A DNA stretch of 64,000 nucleotides from Dimorphilus gyrociliatus (Eukaryota > Animalia > Annelida): the NCBI GenBank assembly GCA_904063045.1, contig CAJFCJ010000005.1, forward strand, positions 1,317,988 to 1,381,987. Reading direction: 5' to 3'. The position numbers and the translations under genes were made by a program. Shown here piece by piece: positions 40,336-55,181 of this stretch (the stretch's first letter is position 1; each line of letters opens with the position of its first letter). The notes below the pieces were generated by a model. The model searched no databases. It saw only the letters and a list, made by a program, of their open reading frames with translations, and was not told the origin of the DNA.

Positions 40336-40644
40336 TTAAAAATTGGGTGCCAATAAGTTATCCTTCACAGCTAAGCGATTGATGGAATCGTCAGATTCCC
40401 CCATTCGGCGGATGGTTCCACAGATAGCATAGGTTTTGGAGGTGCCAGTCATGCGTCCAGTTTCTGGATCAACATCAGCAATGTTGATTTGAATAGAAGC
40501 ATGATCTTTAGCATGGATTATTCTGTTACTAGCCGAGCTAAAAAAATGACAAAAATAAGGTGTTTTAAATATAAAGTTATAATTTACTACGGACCATTTT
40601 CGGGGGATATACATATCAACATATTCTCCGGCGTCGTTCTGCAT
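40336..40644 (-). CDS. RPS21: 40S ribosomal protein S21 (eS21), 83 aa after removing the 57-nt intron 40538-40594
   Basis: [16 protein letters not shown]|[24 protein letters not shown]...[20 protein letters not shown]. Confidence 0.97.
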   Translation of the reverse strand: MQNDAGEYVDMYIPRKWSVVNYNFIFKTPYFCHFFSSASNRIIHAKDHASIQINIADVDPETGRMTGTSKTYAICGTIRRMGESDDSINRLAVKDNLLAPNF

Positions 40645-40690
40645 TTTTGCAAAGAATATGATGAGTTTTCGGACAAATTAAATCCAAACA

Positions 40691-40724
40691 CACGTGCTGG
40701 TTGACCAATATGGCGGAAAGGAAG
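40691..40724 (-). promoter_or_regulatory. RPS21 core promoter: TCT/5'TOP initiator CTTCCTTTCC followed by a YY1-like GCCATATT and an E-box
   Basis: Minus strand reads CTTCCTTTCCGCCATATTGGTCAACCAGCACGTG, the pyrimidine initiator plus downstream YY1 arrangement typical of ribosomal protein genes. Confidence 0.7.
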
Positions 40725-40858
40725 TCTTTCGGTAGGGAATCGTAGATCGAATTTTCGATATTATTCTATGGCGATATATCGATATCGGTATTATTCGATA
40801 TATTTTGAGCACTTCCTGTACGCAAAATCCCCTGGTTTAGATTGTCTCCCTAAAGGTC

Positions 40859-41981
<1,123 letters not shown>

Positions 41982-44900
41982 ATCTTAAATAATTATGTTC
42001 AATAAAAATGTTCTCAAAGAATAACAAATATTTTGCATCACAACACCATTTGAATTGGACTACCGAATATGGCTTAAATTTGAAACTTACACATATAGTG
42101 ATATACTTATACTGTATATGAAATTTAACAAATTATTCATTCTGAATATTACTGTCAGTGATTATTAGGTGAGTTGAACCCAAAGCAATGGTTATTTGAG
42201 GTGACATTTTACTTGGGAAGCTATTGGATAGATAAATGGAATACAATAAAATAGCTGACTATATGCTTATATTTTAGTTCTGGAATAATAAATCAATGGA
42301 TATATTTAGATGTCCCAAAAATAAGTCAAAAATTTATACAATGAAACAGTGTAAGTGATAAAGTATATGAAAATGTGTATATGAGTAAGGTATATTATCC
42401 GACATTACATTTTTAGGCATCAATTGAGAATTTCCATTCTAAAATACATAAGATCCATTTCAAAAACATCTTGCAACATAACTATAAACGATATGCCTAT
42501 TACTTGGCCCAACTCTATGCACGACTTAAGAGGACAACGGGACAACGGGAGACCAGCAGAAACTTGCTATGCCATATAAGAGAAAAGCTATAATAGAATA
42601 CAGTAATGAGAAAATAAATAATCTTCTCAGTGAAATTCAAAGAGTGATTATAATGAGTTCATTGACATATATTCAGCCCTAATATACTTAATAAAGTTTA
42701 GAAGGAATAAGAAATAGAGAGAAAGTCTTCAAGGATTCATCAATATTACAATATTTGACTTATAAACTGCCTATTCCGTAATAGAAGACAATTAAAAATA
42801 TATTACCTTACAAACAGTGTGTCAAGCAAATAGTATAGACAATATATAAATTATAATATGTATAATATTTTTTGTTTTCATCACTTTCAAAATATATCAC
42901 GAATGTGAAGTACTATCTTAACCATTTAAAATTTATTAACCTGTTACCCAACATCCCTTATTAACTATTCTAAGGGTATCCAGAACTCAGCTTTTGTTTC
43001 GATGAATAAATGAGAAAACTTTTCAATATAAAAGATTATAAAGTTTTTGTTCGCTTTTGACTAGGATTGTATTTATAGCTATGATTGTATAACCATGTTC
43101 TACCAATAATTACAATTAAATGTCCAATCTTTGCGATTAATGCTAAACGATCTTCCAGCATTGATATTCAATTTGATCTTGAAAGAGTTCTTGGTCAAAA
43201 TTGCCATCTCAAATTGGGGAATTCTAGTTCAGTTTAAAGTGAATATGTTAGTATTTTATGAGAAAAGTATAATCATATTTCCAAAATTTACGGCAGACGA
43301 ATTTAAAACAGGACTCATATCAAAAGCAAGATAATAATACAGGATTATAGTTAAAATGATAAGTACAATAACATTTTAAATAAAATATTAATTTTATTTT
43401 TTATTATTTTTAAAATTTGCTAATTTTTACTTGTTTTTATGCTTAAGTTTACACTTTAATCAATGAATTGACTTCTTTTGATGAAATCTTTGGAAAAGCT
43501 TTACAAAAATCGAAAATATTGCTACTCGAAGTGAAAAAGCCACTATATTTTCGAAAATCAATCATTTTACCTCTAAATTTATGCATTTGCAGTATATCGA
43601 TGAGAATCGAACGCGCTCAGCATTTTAGGTCGAATGCTATGAATTTTTTAAATTTAGATGAATCCGAGCAGTTGAGAGGAGGTAATAATGCTCTTGAAGA
43701 AGTCTCGATGGAGAGGAGTAAGGTTACTGTCAGCCCAAGAGCTAAATTCACCAGGTAATACTAGAATAACTTTTAAAGTAATAAGGTATATTGGTAGAAA
43801 ACTAATATCCTATTAAGAATAAAAATTTATTTAATTCAACTTTAATCAGAATCACTTCAAGAAATCCTTATTTAAAATATAGGAAGAGTTAAGTATAATC
43901 TGTTTAAACATACTTAAGGAATGAAGGAGGTCATAGACAAACTACTTTCTGAAAGGATTTTTTGAGTAAATTTTTTGTTTGATATACACATTCAAGAGCG
44001 GAAAGGGTTTGAACTAGTTACTAGTCGAACAGTTCATTCAATTTTAAAACAAGGATTCAAAGAATTGAAATATGTCTGGAACAAAAAGTGGAAAGTTTAT
44101 TAAGTAAGTTTCTGTAATCATTATTATGTAAGCAATATGATTCATTCAGAATGATTGACAATATAAACAATATTCAAAGAATTTAAAAGCACTACAAACT
44201 GTCGATTTTTCGAAAGTGATACCAGATGGTGTTAGTGTACAAAGAGTATTTGGATAATTCAGATTTTAGCATGAACATTGTCTTGATTCTTTTTTTATAA
44301 AAATAATTTAGATGTAAAACCAAAGATATAATTGTAATGTTTGATTTACAAAATATTTAAAAGGTTATCGACTATCGGTAACTACCTTTCATCATCTTGT
44401 CAGGAAACGGACGTATGGAATCGAATTCCGCGTTGTTTACTAACAAACCTTATTATTGAATGCAAACTTGAAAAACCACTTTAGTTGTCCTGCAGAGTTC
44501 GAACGCTTTTATTGTTCGAGTGTTAACGGTGGATAAATAATTCGAAGATTGTGATAGAATAACAACTGGAAGACATATTTCCATTGAATAGTGTTAAATA
44601 GTCGATTCTCATTAGGAGTTACTTGTCAATATAGTATGGATCCAGAGTCATCGAATTGTTCAGAAGTGTATCGGATTAGCTCAGCTTCTTTGGTTGAGAA
44701 TTGCGGGATGTCAACGAGAACATCTAGTAACGCCTCTAATATGTCTACAACACTAGTATCGTTCGTATATACTGATACATTCAATATTTAAAACTTCGCT
44801 ACAGAGAGAAATAGTGAGCAGTGTAAGATCGCATGGCGTTTGATTCATCTTTTTAAATTTGTTTGTCAGACATCATTAAAACACAATTTTTTGTCGGCTT

Positions 44901-45214
44901 ATTTATTATTTAATAGTAAACTTTGCCAAGTAATTATATTTATCGTTTATATCATTATTTTAATTTTTGGTTTAACATTTCATTAACTAAATCTTTTACC
45001 TAAATAAGTGTTCTATTGCTGAATTTTAATTGCAATAAGCAAATTCAAAAAATTTTTCCAATAAGCTATTTCAAAGCTTGTTGTATATTTATAGAAATAA
45101 CATTGTATGTATGAAAAGAAAAATTAGCTCATTTAACAATTTTTGTGATAAAATATTTCTCTTTTAATAATAATTACAATTCCATTAAACCGAAAATTGC
45201 GCCTTTTTTCAGTC

Positions 45215-45228
45215 GTTCATATGGCAAC
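45215..45228. promoter_or_regulatory. RFX X-box-like element upstream of LRRC71 (GTTCATATGGCAAC)
   Basis: Perfect ATGGCAAC half-site with a GTT 5' end, about 330 bp upstream of the ATG. Confidence 0.5.
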
Positions 45229-45560
45229 GCTGTAAAACTACGCTAATCGAAAATTTCCTTAAAGTATAAATTAATCGCTGCATATTTTAAAATAAATTTT
45301 TCTCTAAAGACAAAAATGAATAAAAATGAATAAAAGTCATGTCTTTGTCATAAAATCTTAAGCTAGAGAAAGTCAAGTAATGAACTATTTTGTTTTTACT
45401 GGCGGAGTAATTTAGAAGTTATACGTTGTTACATTTCAAGCTGATATTTTAGTAATAAATTTACGAAATTCTTTGTTAATATAAATAAGTTTAGAATGTG
45501 TACTTGATTGAAAGTATGTAATTTGAGTATATCTTTTCTAGTTTGGCAAAACGAGTACGA

Positions 45561-48460
45561 ATGGGGAAAAAGATTGAAAAAGCTTTAGGTAAAGATAAGA
45601 ACTCAATTCAAGGATCAGTGGACGATGCCGACAAGCCTCCAGGTATGTTTGGTTGCTTCTGTAATGTTAATGATTAAAATGATTGATTTTGAAGTGCATT
45701 TACTTTTAAATGTTTTAGACAGCAGTAGTGAGTTTTATTTTCTTTTTTAAATTCGTCACATTTCTCACTAAAATAAACTAATGGTGTGACTTTCTCTCAT
45801 TTTTTTCAGCCCTTACTTATTACTTTTCCCAGTATCAATTTTATTTTGATTTTTTCTTTTATAGATGTTTTGATGTTCATTTTATTTACAAAATCTAGTT
45901 GAAAATCAAATTATTCCTCAATCGTATTTTCATTAGAATCTTTATACTTTTCAGAACCTTATGTTTGTAAAGGGCATTTTGTGGATGATTTTACCGAGCT
46001 TTGTAAGAGAAACAACATGGAAAGAATCCCTCCCGTAATTCTGAGACCCAAGCGTCCACCATCTCCAAATTCTGCACCTCCACCGGAAGAGAAACATAAG
46101 GGTTCGAAAAAAGATACGAAAAGAGCCCAACAGGAAGCACAAATGTTAGAAACTGAACCTGAACCAGAAGTTGATGAGTTTGGAGGTCTTGTCTTTGTTT
46201 ATTTATAAAGTTTGATCTATTTAACAAATTTCTTCTTACCAGATCCTCTCCCTAAAACATTCTTAGTGAAAAACAAATTCGAATACTTCAAGCCATGTAT
46301 TCAAACTGAAATGGATCATCCCGATAAGCAGGATACAGTGACTAGTATTTTCATTAGGGGCTGGAAACTTGATGTGGAAATGCTCAGAATTCTAAAAGAG
46401 TGCTGGATGAAACTTGAAAAACTTCATACTATAAAGTAAGTTTTTTAAAAATTCCTTAGAAAATGTATTATCTTTAAAATTCATTATTGTAGTTTATGGA
46501 ATTCTGGCTTAAATGGACAAACCGTAGAAACATTAGCTTCTTTTCTGCTTGATTGTACAAATATTAAGTAAGCTTTATTGGACTTTGTAAATTATTTGCT
46601 TAGTTTTTTATTCGCAGAATTCTTATCTTGGATAATAATCCTGTTAAGGAACAGAATTATGATCTTTTGTTGAGAGAAGAATCAAAGTAAGTTATAATCA
46701 TTTTTGTATACTGTAGTTTCAGATATCAAAACTTTTAAAAAACAATGTGAAAATCTAGGAACTTTAAACTTAAGCAAACTCATTCTTGATGTTTTTTTAT
46801 TAGATCAAATTTTATAATATTAATCAATGACAGAATATCTATAGTACATATTATATCCAGTCCTTATAGGGCTTTAGTGAGTCATATGACTTCGTGAACA
46901 TTTCTCAACTCCAATTTTCTTAAACACGATTATTAACCAATACATAATGAACTTTTATGTGAAGCACATTAATAAACTATTAATTAAAATAAAGTTGGTC
47001 AAAATGGATAATTTATAGGAAATAGCAATTAAATATTAAAATGATTAATTTAGAGAGAATTCCTGGTAAAGTTGTAAATTTTCCCAGGAATCTGGGAGTT
47101 CACTAGAGCATTTTGTTATACTCTGTTAATTGCAGTAAAAAGATTATTATAATAAACACTTTATATTTTGACCAAATTCTAATATACAGCAATAAAAAAC
47201 CTTCCAAGTAAGTATAATATATAAAGAGGTTTTTTCCATTCTATTTCGACTACTTAATCTTAATTCTGTCGATAGTGTTTCATTTGCTTGTTTGTCCTTA
47301 ATTTATCATTTTAGTTCATACATGATTTATGTATATTGTTTTAACTTTTCAGCATACAACAATTATCTTTGAGGCATTGTAGCATCAATGACAAGGGTGC
47401 AGAAAATCTAGCAAAATCTTTAGGATCATTGCATAAAACAAATAACAAGCTAGTGAGCTTGAACTTAAACGGGAATTTCATAACTGATCAAGTAATACAA
47501 ATAATCACGGCTACAGGATATTTTAAGTAATTATTTTCTAGGGAGCTAGCTCCTTGGCTCGTGCTCTCCGTCTCAACAGATGTCTCTTATCTTTATCTCT
47601 TGCATACAACCAAATAGGAGATCACGGAGCAACTGCATTTGCTAATGTTATTTCTAAGTTTGAATTGACTCATGAAGAAATAGTAGAACGTAGAAAATTA
47701 CAATCTGAGAAAAGTGAATCTCCCGTAGACTATAGAAGATCAGTAAGTCTTTATGGCCGCTAATTTAATTTGTTCAGCAATAATGATTTTAGCCAATGCC
47801 GAATGGAAGACGAGGCGAATCCAGAGATAGACCGGGAAGTGTAAGATCTCAAATTAACATTGATAAAGGAGATAAAAAGAAACAAGGGGGTTCAAAAGGG
47901 AAGAAAGTAAGCTGAATTTTAACGACGACCCGCATAAATCATGTACTTAGCATAAAATATGTTTCTACAGGAAAAGGAAAAAGAAGACGACAAAGGAAAA
48001 TCAAAAGGAAAAAAAGATGAAAAAACGAAAAAAGGTTTCATATTGTTTTATATCATAGTGAATATATTAAACATTAAATTATTATTTAGCCATAGAAAAG
48101 GGTGAGATAAGTGTTAATTTTTAGAGGTGTACCCTAAACAGTATAAATTGAAACTTACATCATAAAAGCTGAAATTATTTAAGCACGCGATGTTTGATGT
48201 GATTGGTTGATTCACTTTAAATTTTTAATGTTCTTCTTTGCAGAAACAAAGAAAGGAGGTGATTATTTAGTTATCACGCAAAGAATTAGTATAGCTACAT
48301 TTAATTCAAATTAATTTTCCTGAATATACCAGATATCATAACTTAGTTTATCTGCATCTTAAATTTTAAGTTTCTGTTAACATAGAGAGAATACTAAGTT
48401 CTACCTTCCAAACTGTATAAACGTTTTTAAATTAAACTTTTTACACTTTGTATATATACT

Positions 48461-48501
<41 letters not shown>

Positions 48502-50423
48502 TTACATCAGAGAAAATCATTTTTATAATTAAAAAAATATATGTATACTGCATTGCTATATATAGTCTATATACAATATGTGCTTTATTTATTAATTTTT
48601 TCTGCATAGATACTAAGGTAGTTTCTCTGCTTATTTTTTTCATAATAGCATCAACTACATCGCAAGGGGGAAGGCAATCAGCAGGTAAGATTGTTCTTCA
48701 CTATCATACGGCAATTACAGTTCTACAAAAATTCGTTTTATGGTATAATATTGAGGTTCAATTGTTAGTATCCTACAATCTAATACTTATCAAATGAGTA
48801 AGCACCCTGTATGAAGTCAGAAGAAGCGAGTTTAAGCTTTCCCTAAATATAGACATAGCACATGATAAATCTTATATCATGTTTTATTGCTGCAGGCAGA
48901 GTGTAGGTATTTTAAGTTTTGTATTTTGCTCCTTTTAAATACTTCTGCCTGACATTATCACTTATTCAATCATTACTTTCAAACAAACACATCGAAAAAG
49001 TGTTTAACAATTGGTGAAGTTTTTACTTGTCCACTCAATAGATAGCTAAAGATGTTTTTATTATTCATTATTTTTACTGGTCTACATAGCAATACTTGCC
49101 ATTTTGACGGGTAATTTTCGTGTGTACTGTGTATTTGTACAGTATAAAATTACAGCTTTAAATGTGCTTTTATTTATTCCATATTTTAACAGCGATTGTT
49201 TCGTATATTCGATTATAGTTTTAACTAATAAGCTGCATGCGCATTGTACGTATTTCCCTTGTTAACAAACTCAATGCTTTACCGCATCTTCCTTTAAGTG
49301 TTAGTTTAGCAGTGTTGTACAAATTAGTTATTTAAATTTAACTCTGTTGACAGCTTCAATGGTAGGCGATTCTAAAGGAAAAGGCAAGGATAAAGGGAAG
49401 TCAAAGAAAGGCAAGGGAGATGCTCCTGATGCAGAGGCAAGTACACTCTTTTCTGTGTAGTAAAATTTTTCCACTAGCAATTCGATCTCTTATTATAATA
49501 TAATTATATAATAATTTTTATTATAAAAAAGATAAAACATGCCTAATTATTGAAATGATACATAAATTTAACGCTTTGGTTCTTTGAAATAAGTTAGAAA
49601 GAACGATTTGTAAAATGAAATCCTTACCTTACTTCATTTAATTATTCCGTAAGATTGTTATTTAATAATTTTACTAAATCACCGTATTGTGTCATTAAGG
49701 ATCAATTTCAAAGGCCTGACAGCGTAGCGAAGGTATACTAGGTTATTGTTGTTTCAAACACAATAATACAAAATATATGGCTTTGAATAGTTTCAGCACA
49801 CTATTCATATAGTCATATGATTCATTAATAAGATTTTAAACGTAACTTGCTGTTATTATTTTCTGTCTAAATGTTACCAATCACTTCCTACCGTCATTAT
49901 CTCCTGAAAAATTTCAAATTACCCTCAAATTTCAGACACCTGATCATCAAGAAGTCGTAAGTCCCCTTTTAGATGAAAGTGAACGTCTGGATGGAAAAAT
50001 ACTTTTAGTTGGCAACAGAAACTTGATAAACCTAAATTTATCTCGTGAGTTTCATTTAAAATAATAAGAAAAATTCAATTTACTCTTTAATCCTAAAATA
50101 GATAATGAAATAACTGAGATTGGTTTGAAGGAGCTAGATAATGCTCTTGGTTTTCAAATATCTCATACAATTTTGGCGGACAAAAAATTAGGAAATCAAG
50201 GCTTAATGAGATTATGCATCCAGGTAAAACTATTTTTAATTTATATTTAAAATGAGTGTTTACTTTCGTTCAGAAAAATAACATACCTTCTGATAACGAG
50301 TATGTTCTGAAGATAAAACAAAAAATGATATCTCGTGATCCTTTCTTCAAGCAACAAAAATCGCCAGATGAAGAATCAACTGGTCAGAGGTCTGCAAGCA
50401 AAGTTTCTGACAAGTCAAAGTGA
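45561..50423 (+). CDS. LRRC71: Leucine-rich repeat-containing protein 71
   Basis: YVCKGHFVDDFTELC, YFKPCIQTEM...IFIRGWKLD, LARALRLNRCLLSLSLAYNQIGDHGA...FELTHEEIVERRKL and EVVSPLLDESERLDGKILLVGNRNLINLNLSRN all match remembered LRRC71 blocks. Confidence 0.88.
48468..48498. repeat. (TA)n microsatellite in an LRRC71 intron
   Basis: About 15 TA units; source of the spurious YIYIYI ORFs. Confidence 0.9.
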
Positions 50424-50672
50424 AAAAGAAAGAGCAAAGAGGAAATTCCAGTAATATATGTTTATTAAACTGAACAGTTTATGCAAGTTGATGCGAAAAA
50501 TGAAATTTTTCTAATTCATTTAGTAAAATTCTTTAAAAATCAATGAAATTTTGCAAAGGAGATATGATATACGAGTTAAATCAACTATCTACACTTTAAT
50601 ATTTAAATGAACTAATTTATAGGAATATCTTTTGGAATTTTCACAGCAGCTAAAATCTTGGTATAACAGAAC

Positions 50673-53132
50673 TTATACACTTTGTAACTGCTTTCGTTTT
50701 CTTAGAAAACGACATGGAGATATATACTCTTTTCCAAACTCCTCTCCCTCTTCTAGGGTTTCTGGCAGTTTAGTTCCCAGGGTCTCCGGTAAAAGTAAGA
50801 CTATGCTTCCTGCCAACAAGCCACACGAGCCAAAGACAATTAAAGCAATACGTGCACTAAACATTGCAACAAATGGTGCTAATAAACCGCCTATCCTGGC
50901 AAATACTGATCCGAAACCCACGCCTACATTTCGAACAACGGTGGGCATTAATTCAGCAGTGTACATATATGATATTGCAAATCCTGATGAACCACCTAAA
51001 GTTCCAAGTTGAGCCAGAACAATTATTACTATAAAATAGCGTGATGGTAAAATGATAGCCATAAAGCACATGATGGAAGAGAATAATAATGAAATGGACA
51101 TAGACAACCTTCTGCCAATTCGATTTAGAACCAAACAAGCTAAAGCAGGACCAATCATATCCATTATACCAGTTAGAGTTACGCTTACATACGGACTAAC
51201 TTTCATCTCAGAAGAGGCCAAACTTAAACCATAAAAAGTAAAAGAGCATGTAAACCATTGAAAACAAATATTCATTGTTTTTTTCCTCATATTAGGAGTT
51301 TTAAATAGGTCACGAAAGTCATAATGTCTTCTTTCGTATCCATTTTTTGAATTTTGAACTTCTTGTTCAGCCATTTTTTCATCCTTGTCAAGGTCTTTTT
51401 CTGAATTCTTCAGTGTTTGATATTCAACTAACTTTTCGAGAACTGAATCATCGTATTGTTTCCCGTTCATTGATGAAATATCTTTAAATGTTTTAACTAG
51501 TTCGTCAACTTTGTTTACACCTAATAGCCACCTCGGAGATTCATTAAGTAGAAAATAGTAAGAAATAAAAACTAATGGTGCTAATGAGGTTATAAGCTGT
51601 AATTTCCAATAGTTTTTCACAACAAAAGCTAAACCGGCTATTAACGCACAGCTAGATGCAAAGAAAAATTCAAACATCATAGCTGTTGGCATTCTATAGT
51701 TCTTTCCAATAGGTTCTAGTGCTGCAAAATTATTATCATATTAACTTTTTGAAGAAAAAACTGTTTAAGTACTAACCCCAAACATATCCAATAGTTAATG
51801 TTCCTCCTGTAGAAATACCCACAACTAAACGAGCAAAAGAAAAAGTCCAATAATCTGGAGCGAACGCAGCCACAGTTCCCGATATACAAAGTAAAATGGT
51901 TGCTGATAGATGACCTTTTTTACGTCCAACCTTGTCACTAACTTGTCCAAAAATAAAGGCTCCAAGCAGAAATCCAGTCATATAAATAGATTGGGCAGTT
52001 GCTCTTAGATAGTTGTTTTGACAAACCAAATTCCACTAAAAAATATTTTGTTAAAGTTTCCTCATTATTACTAAGCAATTCATGAGCTTGATACAGGATA
52101 TCTAAGCCTAATTTTGAAAATATTTTAGTTTCGATTATATTTAAGTAGAAATGTTTGAAGGTTTAAGAGTAAACAGTTAAAGTTGCAGAAAAGTAAATTT
52201 TCCAACATGTCTGTACACATTTTTGTTAGCAATTTTTAACAAAAAGAGTTAATGCGGAGAACTCTAGTACCAATGAAATCCCCAGAATATGTAATTGAAC
52301 TTAATCAATGAAGAAAAACGTTATTGTTTTAAAAATATGTTATGTTTTGCCTTCTTTTAATACCGAAATAATAAAGATTCTTAATTTCAACCTAAAGTTG
52401 ATATAAATTTGTCCGATTAGACAACAGAGGTTAAGGACCTTTCGTCAGAATTACATAACTTGTTATTTTACTGCAGACATTTAGCAAAAAAATCAAAATA
52501 TTCGACTTTTGAGTCCAATGACCTATTTTAAGAAGTATCTGTAACTGATGACATAAAATTTGCCGTACTTAAAAAAAAATTACAAAAAGAATATTAAGTA
52601 GTTTCCTTTACAATTGGAAAGCCTTAATTAAATAAACCTAATAGTAGTTGAGAAATTAATTTTTTATTAACTTGGTTCATGTGACACTACAAAAATATAA
52701 TAATTGATATGATATCGTTTAATGGCCTAGTTTCGAATGAGCAAGTTATCCTACAAAAATTTGTGCATAAAACTTCCATTCTATATAACGCTAATTGGAA
52801 TAAACCAGGTTATGATTTGAAATACACATTTAAGAATAGGCTGGCCAAAAGGATGTTCATCTAACCTCGGTTATCATATTTTCTCCATATTCCATGGAAT
52901 AATTCCATGAGCGACATCTATTTTCGGATCCATTTACTTGCTGTGTACATTTGTCTCTTGAAGAAATATTCCAACCCGGTTCACTACAAATGAATTCAGG
53001 AACAACAGCATGGAAGACATTTATGAGAGCATGAACACTGGTAACTGTTGTCGCTATTCCTAATAGTAAGTAATTGCGTATTTGATATTTTCCCCACGCC
53101 CCTACCAACTCCAATGCTGATTCAATATCCAT
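50673..53132 (-). CDS. SLC22 / organic cation transporter-like MFS protein, 3 exons
   Basis: GAWGKYQ N-terminus, FGQVSDKVGRK, ESPRWLL, RIGRRLS, YTAELMPTVVRNVGVG, ARIGGLLAPF, LLPETLGTKLPETLEEGE. Confidence 0.93.
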
Positions 53133-54624
53133 GATTTATTCTCTTCAACAGTGCAGACTGGCGCTGTTCAATTCGGAAAAAAATATACAGCTTATGATGT
53201 TTAAACTAGAGACAGTCTATTATGCTTGTTTCAAGCATGCTCCGGACGTAGAGGTTTGAAGAGTGGATGTCTTCATAATCGATTTCGATACGAAGTTCGC
53301 CGATAACAAATAAAAGCTTCGAACAAAAAAATCGATTTAGAAAGGTGGAACAAATCACTGGCTTCTTTCTGCTGTAATCCTTCTCGTATCGCATATGAAG
53401 CGATTCAATCGAAATATTATCGGCTATACCCGATTACAAAGCAAGGTTAAGCTGTTGGAAAAAATTTATAACGATGCTTAATGGTTGACACATTATGAGT
53501 AAACTCTAACGCTCTCAGATATTTAAATAAATTGCAACTAACAATTATTTTAATTTTCCTTTTAATTAATTCAACAGTTTAGGATCTTTAAGAGAGGTCT
53601 TGCACAACTAAAATGTATCAAAGGACAGCTTTGTTTTAATTAATTTTTTACTGCTTATTCAACGTTGTTCTATACTTTGATTGTAGTATAATCTATTATA
53701 TTTCAAGTGTCTTTTTCAAGAACATCAATTTCAAGGTCAATGTTATTTAAGGTCTTAAAAATCATACTGCTGTTTCACTTATTCAAATTTTTTACTTTAA
53801 AAATTTAATTCTAGAGGAGGAGATATAGCATAAGTTATTTCCTCAAATGTGACAATTATATGAAATTTATTGTATACTGTGGACTTAGGTAATTCAAATT
53901 TTTATCACTGGATTTAACACTGACCGCTGGACTTACTTATCTTATCTGAAATTGAATCTATAAAAAGAAAAAGCAGTTACTTGTCTCTAAAATATATTGA
54001 AGTATGAAGAGTTGATTTATAATTATAATACAATTAATGTATTTTTTATAGTTAAAATTAAGTAACAAATGGGTTTTCCTAAATATAATATGTGAATCAT
54101 TCATATTTTAATAACAATAATAATTATTGCAAATACCTCGAATAAATTAATAAATTAATTGTAATAATCCGTTCTACACTGATTTTCGTAACGATATTAT
54201 AGTTTCGCTTTTGCTTTATTTTTGTAAAATTGTTAATATGTATTAGTAAAAAATCTCGAAAATATCAGAGAAAATCTCGCACAATGTATTCAAAATACAT
54301 TAAAAATATTTAGAATGTGCCCAAAAATTAAGTGATTGGTTGATTTTGTTTTTAAGCAATTTTTTGATTTGATATGTACTTTTTTTGAACATTTCCCAGA
54401 GTAATTTTTAATCCGATACCTAATATTTGCTGTAGATTATCGTATAATGTTTACAGTATTTGAACATTTGGTACAGTAGGCAGAATAATGGCTTGAAAAG
54501 TATAAAAGATTTCATTATTATTTTAAAGTTTTTCGAGGGAAAAGATGTACGAAATATGTGTAAACAATACTAAAAAAATATTCAGTTGTTTTCTGAATAG
54601 TTATATTAACAGTTGTTTCACATC

Positions 54625-54638
54625 CAGCGCCATCTATA
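54625..54638 (-). promoter_or_regulatory. CTCF-like motif (TATAGATGGCGCTG on minus)
   Basis: CAGCGCCATCTA in AT-rich intergenic DNA. Confidence 0.5.
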
Positions 54639-55181
54639 CTTGTATCAACAAGCTATTTTAGAACTAGACTTATGAAAATATGCTGTAGCATTCATATTTT
54701 TTGAAAGAATAAAGAACGACTTACGCACAAATATTCGGAGGTATCAGGCAAGTTTCGACATCAGCAGAACTAAGTACAAATAGATAATATACTTTCTTTA
54801 TTTTTATAGTTGGTATTATATCCTTAAGGTAGATTAGAAAGAATGTAAAGTAAGATAAATATTTCTCCAAAGAAATAAAACAGAAATTTTGTTATTTCTT
54901 TCTTATCTTACTATCTATAGTTGAAATATAATGTTATTTTATACGATTATAATTGCTTTAAAATTAATGCTTTTGATTTTAATTATAAAAAGAGTATTTC
55001 TAAGCATTTTGAAAGTGTCATAAAATTTGAAAAGATCCAACTGTTATAAATATTTTCTGAAAAGGATCTGGAAATGCAATTTTAGAACAGTTCGATGGAA
55101 ATAATTATTTACACTAAAAAATAAATTGCTTTCTATTTCGAATGATAAGCTGGCAACAAAAACTTTTGACAAATGACCTCA

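Noticed and set aside
44626-44628. In-frame TGA as selenocysteine in the minus-strand block
   Set aside because: No selenoprotein motif, no SECIS seen, and the gene model itself is unsupported.
48401-48797. ORF-track entries with YIYIYI runs, plus antisense or intron-spanning ORFs (e.g. 1232, 6970, 15452, 34838, 40837, 50632, 60998, 61496)
   Set aside because: They derive from (TA)n repeats, AT-rich introns or the antisense strand of identified genes.
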